NCBI GenBank assembly: GCA_938075305.1
Contig: CALJGV010000005.1
Coordinates: 39,390 to 103,389 of the forward strand
Direction of reading: 5' to 3'
DNA: 64,000 nucleotides
From: an uncultured bacterium
GTDB taxonomy: Bacteria; Planctomycetota; UBA1135; GCA-002686595
Below, in pieces: positions 18,301 through 27,765 of the stretch. The first letter of the stretch is position 1. Each line of letters starts with the position of its first letter. A model generated the notes under the pieces. The model ran no database searches and was not told the DNA's origin. It saw nothing but the letters and a program-made list of their open reading frames with translations. A program made the translations under genes and the position numbers.

Positions 18301-19032
18301 TCAGGCGCCGACGCGGGCCACGAAGGCGCTGTTCTCGCCCTCGAATGCCCAGGGGGAGAGGCTCGCGGCGCCGACGCTGTGGCCCGCGAAGCGGCAGGTG
18401 GAGGGGTTCCCCACGACCGCCTCGCAGCCAGAGGCCAGGGGGGAGTACCAGAGGGACTCCGGCATGGTGCAGCACGACCGGTCCGGGAGAGCCTCGCCCT
18501 CCACCGTGAGCAGCCCCGGCACCTCCAGCCGGAACTCGTCTCCGGTCAGCTCCACCGTCACGGGAGCCCTCTCGACCGTCAGGACCGTGCCGTGATCCAG
18601 GCGCGAGCACACGTGGTCCACGGCGGCCTGCGCTGCGTCCTCGTCCGGCGCGTCCACCCAGACGCAGGCCCGCACCGCGGGGACGCCGCCCGCGCGGAAG
18701 ACGGCCTCGGACTGCAGGTTCGAGGACCCCTCCACCACGGACACCACGCGCACGCCGGTGAGGTCGACGCCGTCGTGCGCCCCGCCCTCGAAGGACCAGC
18801 CGGCAGCGGCGTAAGTCCCCTGGCTCACGGCCTCGGACCCGATGTGGCAGGCGCCGCCCCAGACCGTGGCGTTTCTAACCTCGAGGTAGACCCCGGCGGG
18901 CGCACCGGTCTCCGTGCCCGAGGCGCTGAAGGACGAGGAGAGCCGGGCGCCGAGCTCACAGGGGCACGGGAGGATTCCCGTGTAGACCATCGCCGACGAA
19001 CCGGCGACCAGGAGTGAAGCGAGGAGTTTCAT
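18301..19032 (-). CDS. Secreted DUF1326-like (putative metal-binding) protein
   Basis: GVYLEVRNATVWGGACHIGSE...GWSFEGG..DGVDLTGV resembles the DUF1326 N-terminus. CPC and CC motifs; signal-like N-terminus. Confidence 0.6.
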   Translation of the reverse strand: MKLLASLLVAGSSAMVYTGILPCPCELGARLSSSFSASGTETGAPAGVYLEVRNATVWGGACHIGSEAVSQGTYAAAGWSFEGGAHDGVDLTGVRVVSVVEGSSNLQSEAVFRAGGVPAVRACVWVDAPDEDAAQAAVDHVCSRLDHGTVLTVERAPVTVELTGDEFRLEVPGLLTVEGEALPDRSCCTMPESLWYSPLASGCEAVVGNPSTCRFAGHSVGAASLSPWAFEGENSAFVARVGA

Positions 19033-19038
19033 GCGAGT

Positions 19039-19272
19039 TCAGAGGAGGTCGGCGAGCGGAGACTCGAAGCAGTCACGCCCCTTGCGGCAGTCCTCGGGGT
19101 GCGCGGCGTCGCCGTCCGGCCCGATCAACATATGGGAGAGCTCGCACCAGCAGTGCTGGCTCGAGTCCAGCACGTCGCTGTCCTGGAGGGGCGGGCGCTC
19201 GGAGATCATCATCTTCTTGCTCGCGAGGTGCACGCAGAAGGGACTCACGGGGGGGGTCCTGGGATCACTCAT
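19039..19272 (-). CDS. Small Cys-rich protein (77 aa) directly downstream of the molybdo-flavoenzyme genes
   Basis: MSDPRTPPVSPFCVHLASKK...HCWCELSHMLIGPDGDAAHPEDCRKGRDCFESPL. Fills the gap between the FAD-subunit gene and the DUF1326-like gene. Confidence 0.7.
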   Translation of the reverse strand: MSDPRTPPVSPFCVHLASKKMMISERPPLQDSDVLDSSQHCWCELSHMLIGPDGDAAHPEDCRKGRDCFESPLADLL

Positions 19273-19301
19273 GGTCATTGCGGGGAGGTCGACGGCCGGG
19301 A

Positions 19302-20285
19302 TCAGGCCAGGGACTCGAGGGCGCGGAAGACCAGCCCCTTCACGAGGTGGACCTTGTAGCCGTTGTGCTCGAGCGGGTCCGCGTCCGCCACGGCGGCGGC
19401 GCCAGCGGCGGTCCACGCCTCGGGGCCCATAGACTTCCCGATCAGGGCGCGCGCCGCCGCGGGGACCTCCCACGGCTTCGGGGCGACGCCCCCGAGGACG
19501 ACTCGGGCGTCGGTGACCACGCCGGACCCGTCCAGGACCACCGACACGGCGACCGCCGCGAGGGCAAAGTCGTAGGAGGCCCGCTCCTTGAACTTCAGGT
19601 AACTCGAGCGCGTCTCCGCGGGGGGGGCCGGGATCGTGACCGAGGTCAGGATCTCGTCGGGGCGGAGCACCGTCTCCGTCTCCAGCGACTCCTCGGGAAG
19701 GACGTAGAGCTCGGCAAGCGGCACCTTGCGCTCACCGCCTGGGCCGCTGATCGAGGCCGTGGCGCCGAGCATGAGCAGAACCGTCGCCAGGTCGGAGGGG
19801 TGGCTGAAGTAGGAGGGGCCCCCGCCAAAGATCGCGGCGTACTTGTTGAAGCCGAACTCCGCCAGGCACACCGAGCCGCCCTTCTTGAAGCAGCTCACGG
19901 AGGGGTGACGGTAGTAGGGGCATCTGGGCCGCTGGTTGAGGTTGCCCCCCAGCGTGGCCTGGCTCCGGATCTGAGGGCTGCCGATGGACTGCGCGGCCTC
20001 ACGGAGCGCCGGGAACGCCCGCTCCAGACCCGCGTCATCCGCCAGGGCCTGGACCGTCACGGTGGCGCCGAGGGTCACCCCGCCGTCGCCGTCCCACTCG
20101 ATCCCGTCGAGGCCGAGGCGCTGCAGACTCACGAGCGCCGCCGGCTGCTCGATGTCGTCCTTCATCACCGTCACGATGTCCTGCCCTCCGGCGAGGACCT
20201 GGGCCCCCTCCCGGGTGTATTCCGCGGGCAGCTCACCGATGGCGGCGTCGAGGTTCTCCGGCAGCTTGAGGTCGAAGTCCTTCAT
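19302..20285 (-). CDS. Xanthine dehydrogenase-family FAD subunit (PaoB/YagS-like)
   Basis: LAGGQD, SPQIRSQATLGGNLNQRPRCPYYR, HPSD, YDFALAAVA, LGGVAPKPW, NGYKV. Confidence 0.92.
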   Translation of the reverse strand: MKDFDLKLPENLDAAIGELPAEYTREGAQVLAGGQDIVTVMKDDIEQPAALVSLQRLGLDGIEWDGDGGVTLGATVTVQALADDAGLERAFPALREAAQSIGSPQIRSQATLGGNLNQRPRCPYYRHPSVSCFKKGGSVCLAEFGFNKYAAIFGGGPSYFSHPSDLATVLLMLGATASISGPGGERKVPLAELYVLPEESLETETVLRPDEILTSVTIPAPPAETRSSYLKFKERASYDFALAAVAVSVVLDGSGVVTDARVVLGGVAPKPWEVPAAARALIGKSMGPEAWTAAGAAAVADADPLEHNGYKVHLVKGLVFRALESLA

Positions 20286-22465
20286 CAGATCTTCCCGTAC
20301 AGGGTCTCCAGGACGTTGTCCGCGGTGAAGGGCATGCGAGTGAGCCGCGCGCCGCAGGCGTTGTGGATCGCGCCGGCGATGGCGCTGTGGCCTGGGATGA
20401 CCGGCGCCTCCGCCATGCCGCAGACGCTGGGTCGCTCGTCCTCGTCGTCGATGAGCGCCACCATCTCCGGGATCTCCTGGGATCCGGCGATCTTGTAGAG
20501 GTCGAGGTTGTCCGAGAGCAGGAAGCCGTCCTGCTCGTCAAAGACCCGCTGCTCCAACAGCCCGTAGGAGAGCGCCTGGACCATGCCGCCGTTGATCTGG
20601 CTGCGCAGCGCGAGTCGGTTCAGGGGGAGCCCCTGGTCCTGGCAGGTCACCATCTTCAGGACCTTGACCCGCCCGGTCAGGGTGTCCACCTCGACCTTGG
20701 CCGCCTGGGCGCCGTGAATCCGGCCCTCGTGGAGGAAGTCACGGAACTCCCCCTGGGCCAGGAGGGGCTCCCGCAGCAGGGCGCAGACCGCGATCCAGGG
20801 AAGGGAGCGGCTCGCGTCTCCCCGCACGGACACGCGCCCGTCCTTCCAGACGTAGGATCCGACCGGCGCCTCGAGGACGTCGGTGAGCAAGGCCTCCAGG
20901 CCCTCCCGCGCCTTGTGGGCCGCGTCCTTGATCGCAGGCGCTGAGCTTCCGGTGGTCACGCTGCCGCCGGAGGTCACGCTCGGGGGCAGGTCGCTGTCAC
21001 CGATGCGCGCCTCCACCATGTCGACCGTCAGACCGAGCTCCTCGGCCACGATCGCGGCCACGTAGGTCCGCGCCCCGGTGCCGAGGTCCTGGGTGGCCGT
21101 CGCGGAGACGACCGAGCCGTCAGGGCGCACCGTCACGTCGCAGCGGGAGGAGCGTCCGCCGGGCCCCCAGACAGAGACCCCGAAGCCAATGCCCACGGCG
21201 CGCCCGTTCACGGCCGCTCCGGGCCGATCCCGGTTCGGATGGTCCGCCCAGCCGATCTCCTCGGCGACCCGGCGCAGCTGGCGGTGGTGCACCGCCGACT
21301 CCAAGTTCCGGATACGAATGTCCACGAGGTCCATGCCGAGCAGGTAGCCCAGCTCGTCCACCGCGGCCTCCATGGCGAAGGACGCCTGGGGGTGACCCGG
21401 CGCCCGCATGGCCCGGCTGCCGTCCGTGGCCGTGTGAACCGAGCGGATCTTGCTGAAGACGGCCGCCCCGTCCGTGACGGTGTAGATGTAAGGCGGCCCC
21501 GGGAGGGAGCCCCCTGAGACGCCACCCAGCTTGTCCGCCTCGAGCTTGAGCCCGACCAGCCTCCCGTCGCTGTCGGCGCCCACCTTGAGCTTCTGTCGAG
21601 AGCCGGAGCGGTTACCGGCGATCGCGAACTCGTCCGCCCGCGTGAGCATGAGGTGCACCGGCCGCCCCGTGACGTTCGCGACCCTCGCGGCGAGCGCGCC
21701 CTCGAGGCCGGGTCCGAACTTGGACCCGAAGCCGCCCCCCATGTGAGGGGTCAGGACACGGATCTTCGACGCGTCACGCCCGAGGGTCCGGGCGAGGCCC
21801 CGCGGGGTGCCACCGACGGACTGGGTGGAGGCGTACACCGTGACCTGTTCGTTGTCCGGGGCGGGCTGCACCACGTGGCCGTGGGTCTCCAGGCAAACGT
21901 GATGCTGGATCGGGACCACGAAGGTCCGCTCCACCACCGCGACCGCCCCCGCGAGCGCCGCGTCGGCCACGGCCTCGTCGCCGCGCTCGTTCGCACGACC
22001 GACGTTGGAGTCCGCCTTACGGCGGCGGCTCACCACGGGCGCGCCCTCCTTGAGCGCCTGCTCCGGCGTGACCACGGGCGCGAGGCGCCTGGCCTTGACC
22101 ACGATGGCCCCCAGGGCGTCCGCGGCCTGGTCTGGGGTCTCGGCGGCGACCACCGCCAGGACCGCGTCATCGCCCAGGTAACGGACCGCGTCCCCTGGCT
22201 CCTTCAGGGCCTCGATGTGGACCACGCCCGGCATCTCGCTGGCCGCCTCCACGTCGATGGACTCGATCTCCGCCCGCGGGACAGGGTGTACGAGCACCCG
22301 GGCCCAGAGCATGTCGGGCAGGCGCACGTCGTGGGTATAGACCGCCTCACCCGTCGCCTTCACCGGTCCGTCCACCCGGGGAATGTCACGGTTCAGGACG
22401 TCAAGGTCGCTGCGGTTGCCCCAGGAGGGGTCCGACGCCACGGGGCCGCTGGTGGGTCGGCTCAT
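20285..22465 (-). CDS. Xanthine dehydrogenase-family molybdopterin-binding subunit (PaoC/YagR-like)
   Basis: RVDGPVKATGEAVY, HMGGGFGSK, AMRAPG, QDLGTG, SGGS, QINGGMVQAL, GMAE (catalytic Glu), AIHNACGARL..MPFT. Confidence 0.93.
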   Translation of the reverse strand: MSRPTSGPVASDPSWGNRSDLDVLNRDIPRVDGPVKATGEAVYTHDVRLPDMLWARVLVHPVPRAEIESIDVEAASEMPGVVHIEALKEPGDAVRYLGDDAVLAVVAAETPDQAADALGAIVVKARRLAPVVTPEQALKEGAPVVSRRRKADSNVGRANERGDEAVADAALAGAVAVVERTFVVPIQHHVCLETHGHVVQPAPDNEQVTVYASTQSVGGTPRGLARTLGRDASKIRVLTPHMGGGFGSKFGPGLEGALAARVANVTGRPVHLMLTRADEFAIAGNRSGSRQKLKVGADSDGRLVGLKLEADKLGGVSGGSLPGPPYIYTVTDGAAVFSKIRSVHTATDGSRAMRAPGHPQASFAMEAAVDELGYLLGMDLVDIRIRNLESAVHHRQLRRVAEEIGWADHPNRDRPGAAVNGRAVGIGFGVSVWGPGGRSSRCDVTVRPDGSVVSATATQDLGTGARTYVAAIVAEELGLTVDMVEARIGDSDLPPSVTSGGSVTTGSSAPAIKDAAHKAREGLEALLTDVLEAPVGSYVWKDGRVSVRGDASRSLPWIAVCALLREPLLAQGEFRDFLHEGRIHGAQAAKVEVDTLTGRVKVLKMVTCQDQGLPLNRLALRSQINGGMVQALSYGLLEQRVFDEQDGFLLSDNLDLYKIAGSQEIPEMVALIDDEDERPSVCGMAEAPVIPGHSAIAGAIHNACGARLTRMPFTADNVLETLYGKI

Positions 22466-23112
22466 CGCCCGTCCTCCCCGCGCGCCCGGTCCTTCTGCAC
22501 CGCCTGCGCAGCGTCGAAGACGTGGGGATAGGTGCCACAGCGGCAGAAGTTCCCGGAGAGCTCGTACTTCAGCTCATCGAGGGTCGCCTTGGGGGCGCGG
22601 TCCAGGGCGGCGTGCGTGGCGACGACGAAGCCAGGGGTGCAGAAGCCGCACATCATCCCGTCCTTGTCACAGAAGGACTGCTGGACGTCCGACATCGCGT
22701 CCGCGCTGCCGAACCCCTCCACGGTCGTGACCGGCCGACCCGCACACGTGACCGCCAGGGTGAGGCAGGAGTACGCCGGCTGCCCGTCGATCAGCACCGT
22801 GCACGCCCCGCACGATCCGGTACCGCAGACCTCCTTGGTGCCCGTCAGAGGAGGCTTCATCTGGTTCCTCAGCGCGTGAAGGAGCGTCGTCCGCGGCTGC
22901 ACCTCCACCGAACGGGACTTCCCGTTGACGAGCAGCTCCATGGAGGAAGAGCCGCTGAGCGTCTCGACCTCGGGCTCGACCGCGGTGCCTTGCTCGCTCG
23001 CCGGGGCGCCCCCGATGATGCCCCCGGCAGCGGCGACCTGGGTCGCTCCCTTGAGGAAGGACCTCCTGCTGATCGCGGAAGGCTCACCGGACGACGGGTC
23101 CATTTCTCTCAT
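22462..23112 (-). CDS. 2x[2Fe-2S] subunit with a twin-arginine signal (PaoA/YagT-like)
   Basis: SRRSFLK Tat motif; GTKEVCGTGSCGACTV, CGFCTPG, GNFCRCG. ATGA overlap with the next gene. Confidence 0.92.
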   Translation of the reverse strand: MREMDPSSGEPSAISRRSFLKGATQVAAAGGIIGGAPASEQGTAVEPEVETLSGSSSMELLVNGKSRSVEVQPRTTLLHALRNQMKPPLTGTKEVCGTGSCGACTVLIDGQPAYSCLTLAVTCAGRPVTTVEGFGSADAMSDVQQSFCDKDGMMCGFCTPGFVVATHAALDRAPKATLDELKYELSGNFCRCGTYPHVFDAAQAVQKDRARGEDGR

Positions 23113-23400
23113 CGATCGATCCCTCTCGCGGGAAGCACGGGTGGGCGGGGGCGCTGGCCAGGGGTCAGTGGGCGCCCGAGGGCGCACCATCCGCGTGGAG
23201 CAACAGGCCCGCGCCGCTGACCGGCTCCATCCTAGAGCCCCGCCACGCTGGACGCCACGCTCCCGGCTCCAGGACCCAGGCGCGCACCCGGCGATCTTTG
23301 TGCGCTAATCCTGAAAGGGTGGCCTGCTACTCTCCGTAGAAGAGAGCGGGGACGCGAGCCGCCTCGGCACGTTCCCGACGACGGCTCCCCCAAGACCCTG

Positions 23401-24417
23401 ATGACCTCCACCCTCCCCGATCCTCTGCCCGGTCACGCCTCGGACGCCGACAGCCCGGACAGGGGGGAGCCGATCGTCCGCCTGCAAGGGCTGCGCAAGT
23501 CCTTCGGGAGCGTCCACGCGCTTCGCGGCCTCGACATGGAGCTGCCCCCCGGCCCCGTGGGCCTCCTGGGCCCGAACGGAGCCGGGAAGACGACCCTCAT
23601 CGGCCTGCTCCTGGGGCTCCTCGAACCCACCGAAGGCACGGCGGTGGTCGCTGGCCTCCAACCCACCAACCGCGCGGCGCGCATCGAGATCCGCAAGCGC
23701 GTGGGGTACATGCCCGAGAGCGACTGCCTCCTCCCGGGGATGACGGCGGTGGAGATCGTCTCCTCACTGGCCAAGCTCACGGGCCTGAACCGGCAGGACG
23801 CCATCACGAGGGCCCACGAGGTCCTCGACTACGTGGAGCTGGACGAGGCGCGCTACCGGGCCTTGGACGGCTACTCCACGGGGATGAAGCAGCGCCTGAA
23901 GCTCGCCCAGGCGCTGGTACATGACCCCGATTTCCTGCTCCTCGACGAGCCCACCAACGGCCTCGATCCCGCCGGGCGCCGGCACATGCTGTCGCTCGTG
24001 GAGGATCTCGGGCGGAACCAGAACAAGAACATCCTCCTCTGCTCCCACCTCCTGCCGGACGTGGAGCGGACCTGTGACAACGTCGTGGTCCTGGTGAAGG
24101 GTCAGGCCATCCTCCAGGGCTCCATCGCCGAGCTCACCGCCGCCGAGTCCAGGCGCCTCCGCGTCGAGGTCGAGGACGGCGCCGGCCGCCTGCAGGCAGC
24201 CCTGGAGGCCGCCACCTATGCCACCTCGCTGAACGAGGACGGCGCGCTGATGGTCACTCTCCCCCACGGCGTGGAGGACGCCGACGCGCTCTGCGGCTTC
24301 GCCGCCGGTGAAGGGGTGAACATCTCCTCCATCGACCCGGTGCGCTCGACGCTCGAGGAGGTCTTCCTCAAGGCCGTGGATGACAGCGAGAAGAAGGCGG
24401 AGGCCACCGGCGCATGA
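23401..24417 (+). CDS. ABC exporter ATP-binding protein
   Basis: GPNGAGKT, YSTGMKQR, LLDEPT, SHLL. Confidence 0.93.
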   Translation: MTSTLPDPLPGHASDADSPDRGEPIVRLQGLRKSFGSVHALRGLDMELPPGPVGLLGPNGAGKTTLIGLLLGLLEPTEGTAVVAGLQPTNRAARIEIRKRVGYMPESDCLLPGMTAVEIVSSLAKLTGLNRQDAITRAHEVLDYVELDEARYRALDGYSTGMKQRLKLAQALVHDPDFLLLDEPTNGLDPAGRRHMLSLVEDLGRNQNKNILLCSHLLPDVERTCDNVVVLVKGQAILQGSIAELTAAESRRLRVEVEDGAGRLQAALEAATYATSLNEDGALMVTLPHGVEDADALCGFAAGEGVNISSIDPVRSTLEEVFLKAVDDSEKKAEATGA

Positions 24418-25331
24418 AGGCGACCACCCACACCGAGGTCTATCGCCGCTTCGACGGCGAGCTCCGAAAGCGCCCGCTTCGGTCCGTGACGCTCGCTTGG
24501 TCGGGCATCCGCATCGGGTTCAAGAAGAAGCTCCCCATGCTCCTGCTGTTCATCATCCCCGCGATCTTCACGATCGTCACCGGGTTCATGGTGCAGCTCA
24601 AGTTCGAGGCGGAGTCTGGCACCTTGACGAACATGGCCGGGATGGAGCCCTCGGCCCAGACCATGGCCATGGGCGCCATGCTCTCGAGCCAGCTCGGACA
24701 GGTCGAGGTCCTGATCTTCCAGCTGCTCACGAACATGCAGTTCTTCGTGGTCCTGATCATGGGCTGGTACGGCTCAGGGCTCATCGCGGAGGACCGCAAG
24801 CTGCGGGCGCACCTCCTCTACTTCGCGCGCCCCATGTCCCGCCTCACCTACACGGCGGGGAAGCTGCTGACGGTGATGTTCTGGGGCAGCTTGGCGGTGG
24901 TGGCCCCCGTCACCATCGTCTGTTCGGTCGCGAGCCTCGCCTCCCCGGAGTGGTCGTTCCTCACCGAGCGCTGGGACACGATCCTGAAGCTCGAGCTCTA
25001 CGCCGTGCTCTGGGTGTTCTTCCACGGGATCCTGGTGCTGGCGATCTCGTCCCTGACCGACCGCCGCAACCGCGCCCTCGGCGGGCTGTTCATCCTCTAC
25101 TTCCTCACGCTCGCCGGGTCGAACGCCATGGCCGAGCTGATGAGCGGGCAGGGCTGGAGGCTCCTCTCCATCCCGAACAACTTCCAGCGGATCTTCGACG
25201 GCCTGTTCGACCAGTCCTCCCCCGGCATCGGCTGGAACCTGGAGGCCTCGCTATGGGTCCTGGGTCTCTTGACCTTCGCCAGCGCGGCGATCCTCTCGCG
25301 CCAGACCCGCAAGCTGGAGGTGGGCGCATGA
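24414..25331 (+). CDS. ABC-2 type permease
   Basis: Multiple TM helices; GLIAEDRK..HLLYFARPMSR..Y..GK. ATGA coupling with the upstream ATPase. Confidence 0.85.
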   Translation: MKATTHTEVYRRFDGELRKRPLRSVTLAWSGIRIGFKKKLPMLLLFIIPAIFTIVTGFMVQLKFEAESGTLTNMAGMEPSAQTMAMGAMLSSQLGQVEVLIFQLLTNMQFFVVLIMGWYGSGLIAEDRKLRAHLLYFARPMSRLTYTAGKLLTVMFWGSLAVVAPVTIVCSVASLASPEWSFLTERWDTILKLELYAVLWVFFHGILVLAISSLTDRRNRALGGLFILYFLTLAGSNAMAELMSGQGWRLLSIPNNFQRIFDGLFDQSSPGIGWNLEASLWVLGLLTFASAAILSRQTRKLEVGA

Positions 25332-26251
25332 ACTCCATCATCCAAGCGGAGAACCTGGGGCGCTGGTACGGAGAGGTCGTCGGGCTCGGCGATCTGACCG
25401 TCGAGATCGAGCCGGGCATCACGGGCCTGGTGGGCCCCAACGGCGCGGGGAAGTCGACCTTCATGAAGCTGATGGTCGGCGAGCTCCGACCCGCGAGAGG
25501 TCAGCTCGCCGTCCTCGGTGAGGTCCCCTTCGGCAACCGCGGACTCCACCGCCAGCTCGGCTTCTGCCCCCAGCAAGACGCCCTCTACGAGCACCAGACC
25601 GGGAGGCAGTTCGTCCGGGACCTCCTCCGATTGGGAGGCTGGTCCCGCCGCGAAGCGGACGCCCTCGCCGTCCGCGCCATGGAGCGCGTCGGCCTCGAGG
25701 ATGCCATGGACCGCAGGGTCAACGGATACTCCAAGGGCATGCGCCAGCGCACGCGCCTGGCTCAAGCCATCGCCCACGGGCCCAGGCTGGTCATCGCGGA
25801 CGAGCCCCTGACCGGCCTCGACCCGATCGCGCGAAGGCAGACCCTCGAGCTCTTCCGGGGGCTCGCGGAGGACGGGTGCTCCGTCATCATCTCCAGCCAC
25901 GTGCTGCACGAGGTGGAGAGCCTGACCGAGACCATGGTCCTCATCCACCGCGGTCGCCTGCTCGCCCAGGGGAGCGTGCGCGAGGTGCGGCGCCTGATCT
26001 CACGCCACCCGAGCCGGGTGGAACTCGTCGCCCGGGACCCGCGCCTGCTCGCCACCGCCCTGCTCCCCCTGGAGCACGTGCGCACCATCAAGCTCGGGAC
26101 CGACCCCGGCACCCTTACCGTGGAGACCGACGACATCGCCGCCTTCCACAGCACCTTCGCCGGCGTGGCCGCCGCGGCCGGTGCCGGCGTCTCCGGATTC
26201 AAGAGCGACGACGCCAGCCTCGAGGCCGTCTTCGACTACCTCGTCGGCTGA
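25328..26251 (+). CDS. ABC exporter ATP-binding protein
   Basis: Start MNSIIQAENL at an ATGA overlap; GPNGAGKS, YSKGMRQR, IADEP, SSHVLHE. Confidence 0.93.
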   Translation: MNSIIQAENLGRWYGEVVGLGDLTVEIEPGITGLVGPNGAGKSTFMKLMVGELRPARGQLAVLGEVPFGNRGLHRQLGFCPQQDALYEHQTGRQFVRDLLRLGGWSRREADALAVRAMERVGLEDAMDRRVNGYSKGMRQRTRLAQAIAHGPRLVIADEPLTGLDPIARRQTLELFRGLAEDGCSVIISSHVLHEVESLTETMVLIHRGRLLAQGSVREVRRLISRHPSRVELVARDPRLLATALLPLEHVRTIKLGTDPGTLTVETDDIAAFHSTFAGVAAAAGAGVSGFKSDDASLEAVFDYLVG

Positions 26252-26264
26252 GGGCCCCTGACCC

Positions 26265-27050
26265 ATGAATCTCTTCACCGCGCTCCCCCGGGCCACCTGG
26301 CTGATCTTCAGGATGCACCTGGCCACCACGGCCACGTCCCGCCGTGCCCTCGCGGGCATCCTCTTCGCCGCCGTCGCCCCCCTGTTCGCGTTCCTCGCCG
26401 TGAAGGTCGGCGGGGGCGGAGACATGGGCGAGCGGGTGTTCATGTTCCTCGGCGTGCTCGTGCTGCTCCAGGTGGTGGCCCCTGCGCTGGGGGTCTTCCT
26501 CGGCATCGGCGCCATCGCCGACGAGACCGAGGCGCGGACCATCACCTATCCCTTCACGCGGCCCATCCCGAGGGCCTCCGTCTTCCTGGGCCGCTGGCTC
26601 GCGAGCCTCCTGGTCCTGACGGTGCTCCTGCTGTCGAGCGGGGCGGCCGTGGGCATGATCACCATGGGCGCGGCGGATCCGCCCGCGGTCGAGGCGGTCC
26701 AGGCGCTGGTGGGCGCCACCCTCGTCGCGGGGGTCCTCTACTCCCTCGGCGCGGCGGTGATCGGGATCATCTTCAAGCGCGGGCAGGTGATCGCCCTGGG
26801 CTACGCCTTCGCCTTCGAAGTGATGCTGGCCAACATCCCCGGATCCGCCCAGAAGCTGAGCCTCCAGTTCTACCTGCGCTCCCTCTTCGTCGGCGGCGAC
26901 AGCGCCAATTGGAGCTCCCTCGATATCTTCCAGCGGACGGAGTTCCTGGAGCCGGCGGCGTCCGCGGAGCGCCTCCTGGTCACGGCGGTGCTCCTCCTGG
27001 CGGTGGGGTGCTTCACCGTGACCCGCAAGCAGTTCGTGCTGTCCTCCTGA
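26265..27050 (+). CDS. ABC-2 type permease
   Basis: TM helices; IADETEARTITYPFTRPIPR..FLGRW. Confidence 0.85.
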   Translation: MNLFTALPRATWLIFRMHLATTATSRRALAGILFAAVAPLFAFLAVKVGGGGDMGERVFMFLGVLVLLQVVAPALGVFLGIGAIADETEARTITYPFTRPIPRASVFLGRWLASLLVLTVLLLSSGAAVGMITMGAADPPAVEAVQALVGATLVAGVLYSLGAAVIGIIFKRGQVIALGYAFAFEVMLANIPGSAQKLSLQFYLRSLFVGGDSANWSSLDIFQRTEFLEPAASAERLLVTAVLLLAVGCFTVTRKQFVLSS

Positions 27051-27164
27051 GTCCACGCGGGCGCCCTCCCGGGGGGACACCGCCGGCACCGGACCCCCTT
27101 TCCCGCGTGGTTGCGGAGCGCCCAGGTGGCCTCCGCGGGGTCATGAGGGGCACCTGAAGTCGTC

Positions 27165-27180
27165 TGGCACGGCCGGTGCA
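27165..27180 (+). promoter_or_regulatory. Sigma-54 (-24/-12) promoter
   Basis: TGGCACGGCCGGTGCA, one mismatch from TGGCACG-N4-TTGCW; intergenic, ~95 nt upstream of the 27276 start. Confidence 0.7.
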
Positions 27181-27275
27181 TGGAGGAGACCGTCGCGCAA
27201 CAAGCGCGTTCGCTCCCTGGGCTGATCCGCCGGATCACGCCCGGGCCGCTGCCCCTCGAACACGGAGGTGTTCCC

Positions 27276-27725
27276 ATGCGACCCGTTCTGATCGCCCCCC
27301 GATGGCTCCGGCTGGCGCCGGCGCTGCTCCTGCTGGCTGCCTTCGGCACCCCCGCCGAGGCTCAACCCCTCACGGCCCTGGACTCGCGGACCCTCCACTC
27401 GACCCAGCCGTACGCGCCGTCCCCCTATGGCGTCCACTACGGCACCTCGAGGATCTACCGACGGGGGCGCTACGAGACCCGCTGCGAGCAGGTCTGGATC
27501 CCGGCGCGACAGGAGCGAGTCTGGATCGAGCCCCGCTACGAGTGGCGGCATGACCCCTGCGGTCGGCGCTACCGGGTCCTCATCCGCGCCGGGCACCACA
27601 GCCTCCGCCACGTCCCTGGCCACTACGAGTCCCGAACCGTTCGCGTCTGGGTGCCCGCCAGCAGGTGCGAGGTTCGCTCTCCGCGCCACCGGGTGACGCA
27701 CGTGGGGCACCGATTTCGGCGCTGA
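27276..27725 (+). CDS. Small secreted Arg/His/aromatic-rich repeat protein (YXWGXW / VWxPxxYE-like repeats)
   Basis: SD GGAGGT at 27264-27269; signal peptide ending AEA-Q. Repeats GRYE..VWIP, VWIEPRYE, VPGHYE, VWVP. Confidence 0.75.
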   Translation: MRPVLIAPRWLRLAPALLLLAAFGTPAEAQPLTALDSRTLHSTQPYAPSPYGVHYGTSRIYRRGRYETRCEQVWIPARQERVWIEPRYEWRHDPCGRRYRVLIRAGHHSLRHVPGHYESRTVRVWVPASRCEVRSPRHRVTHVGHRFRR

Positions 27726-27765
27726 TTCCCCCACCCGGTAGGGAAGTTGGATGGGCCCTCCGGGT

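Noticed and set aside
23113-23400. Moco riboswitch upstream of the Mo-enzyme operon (or upstream of moaA at 1974-2047)
   Set aside because: I could not identify the conserved Moco RNA motif, and the moaA upstream gap is too short and looks leaderless.
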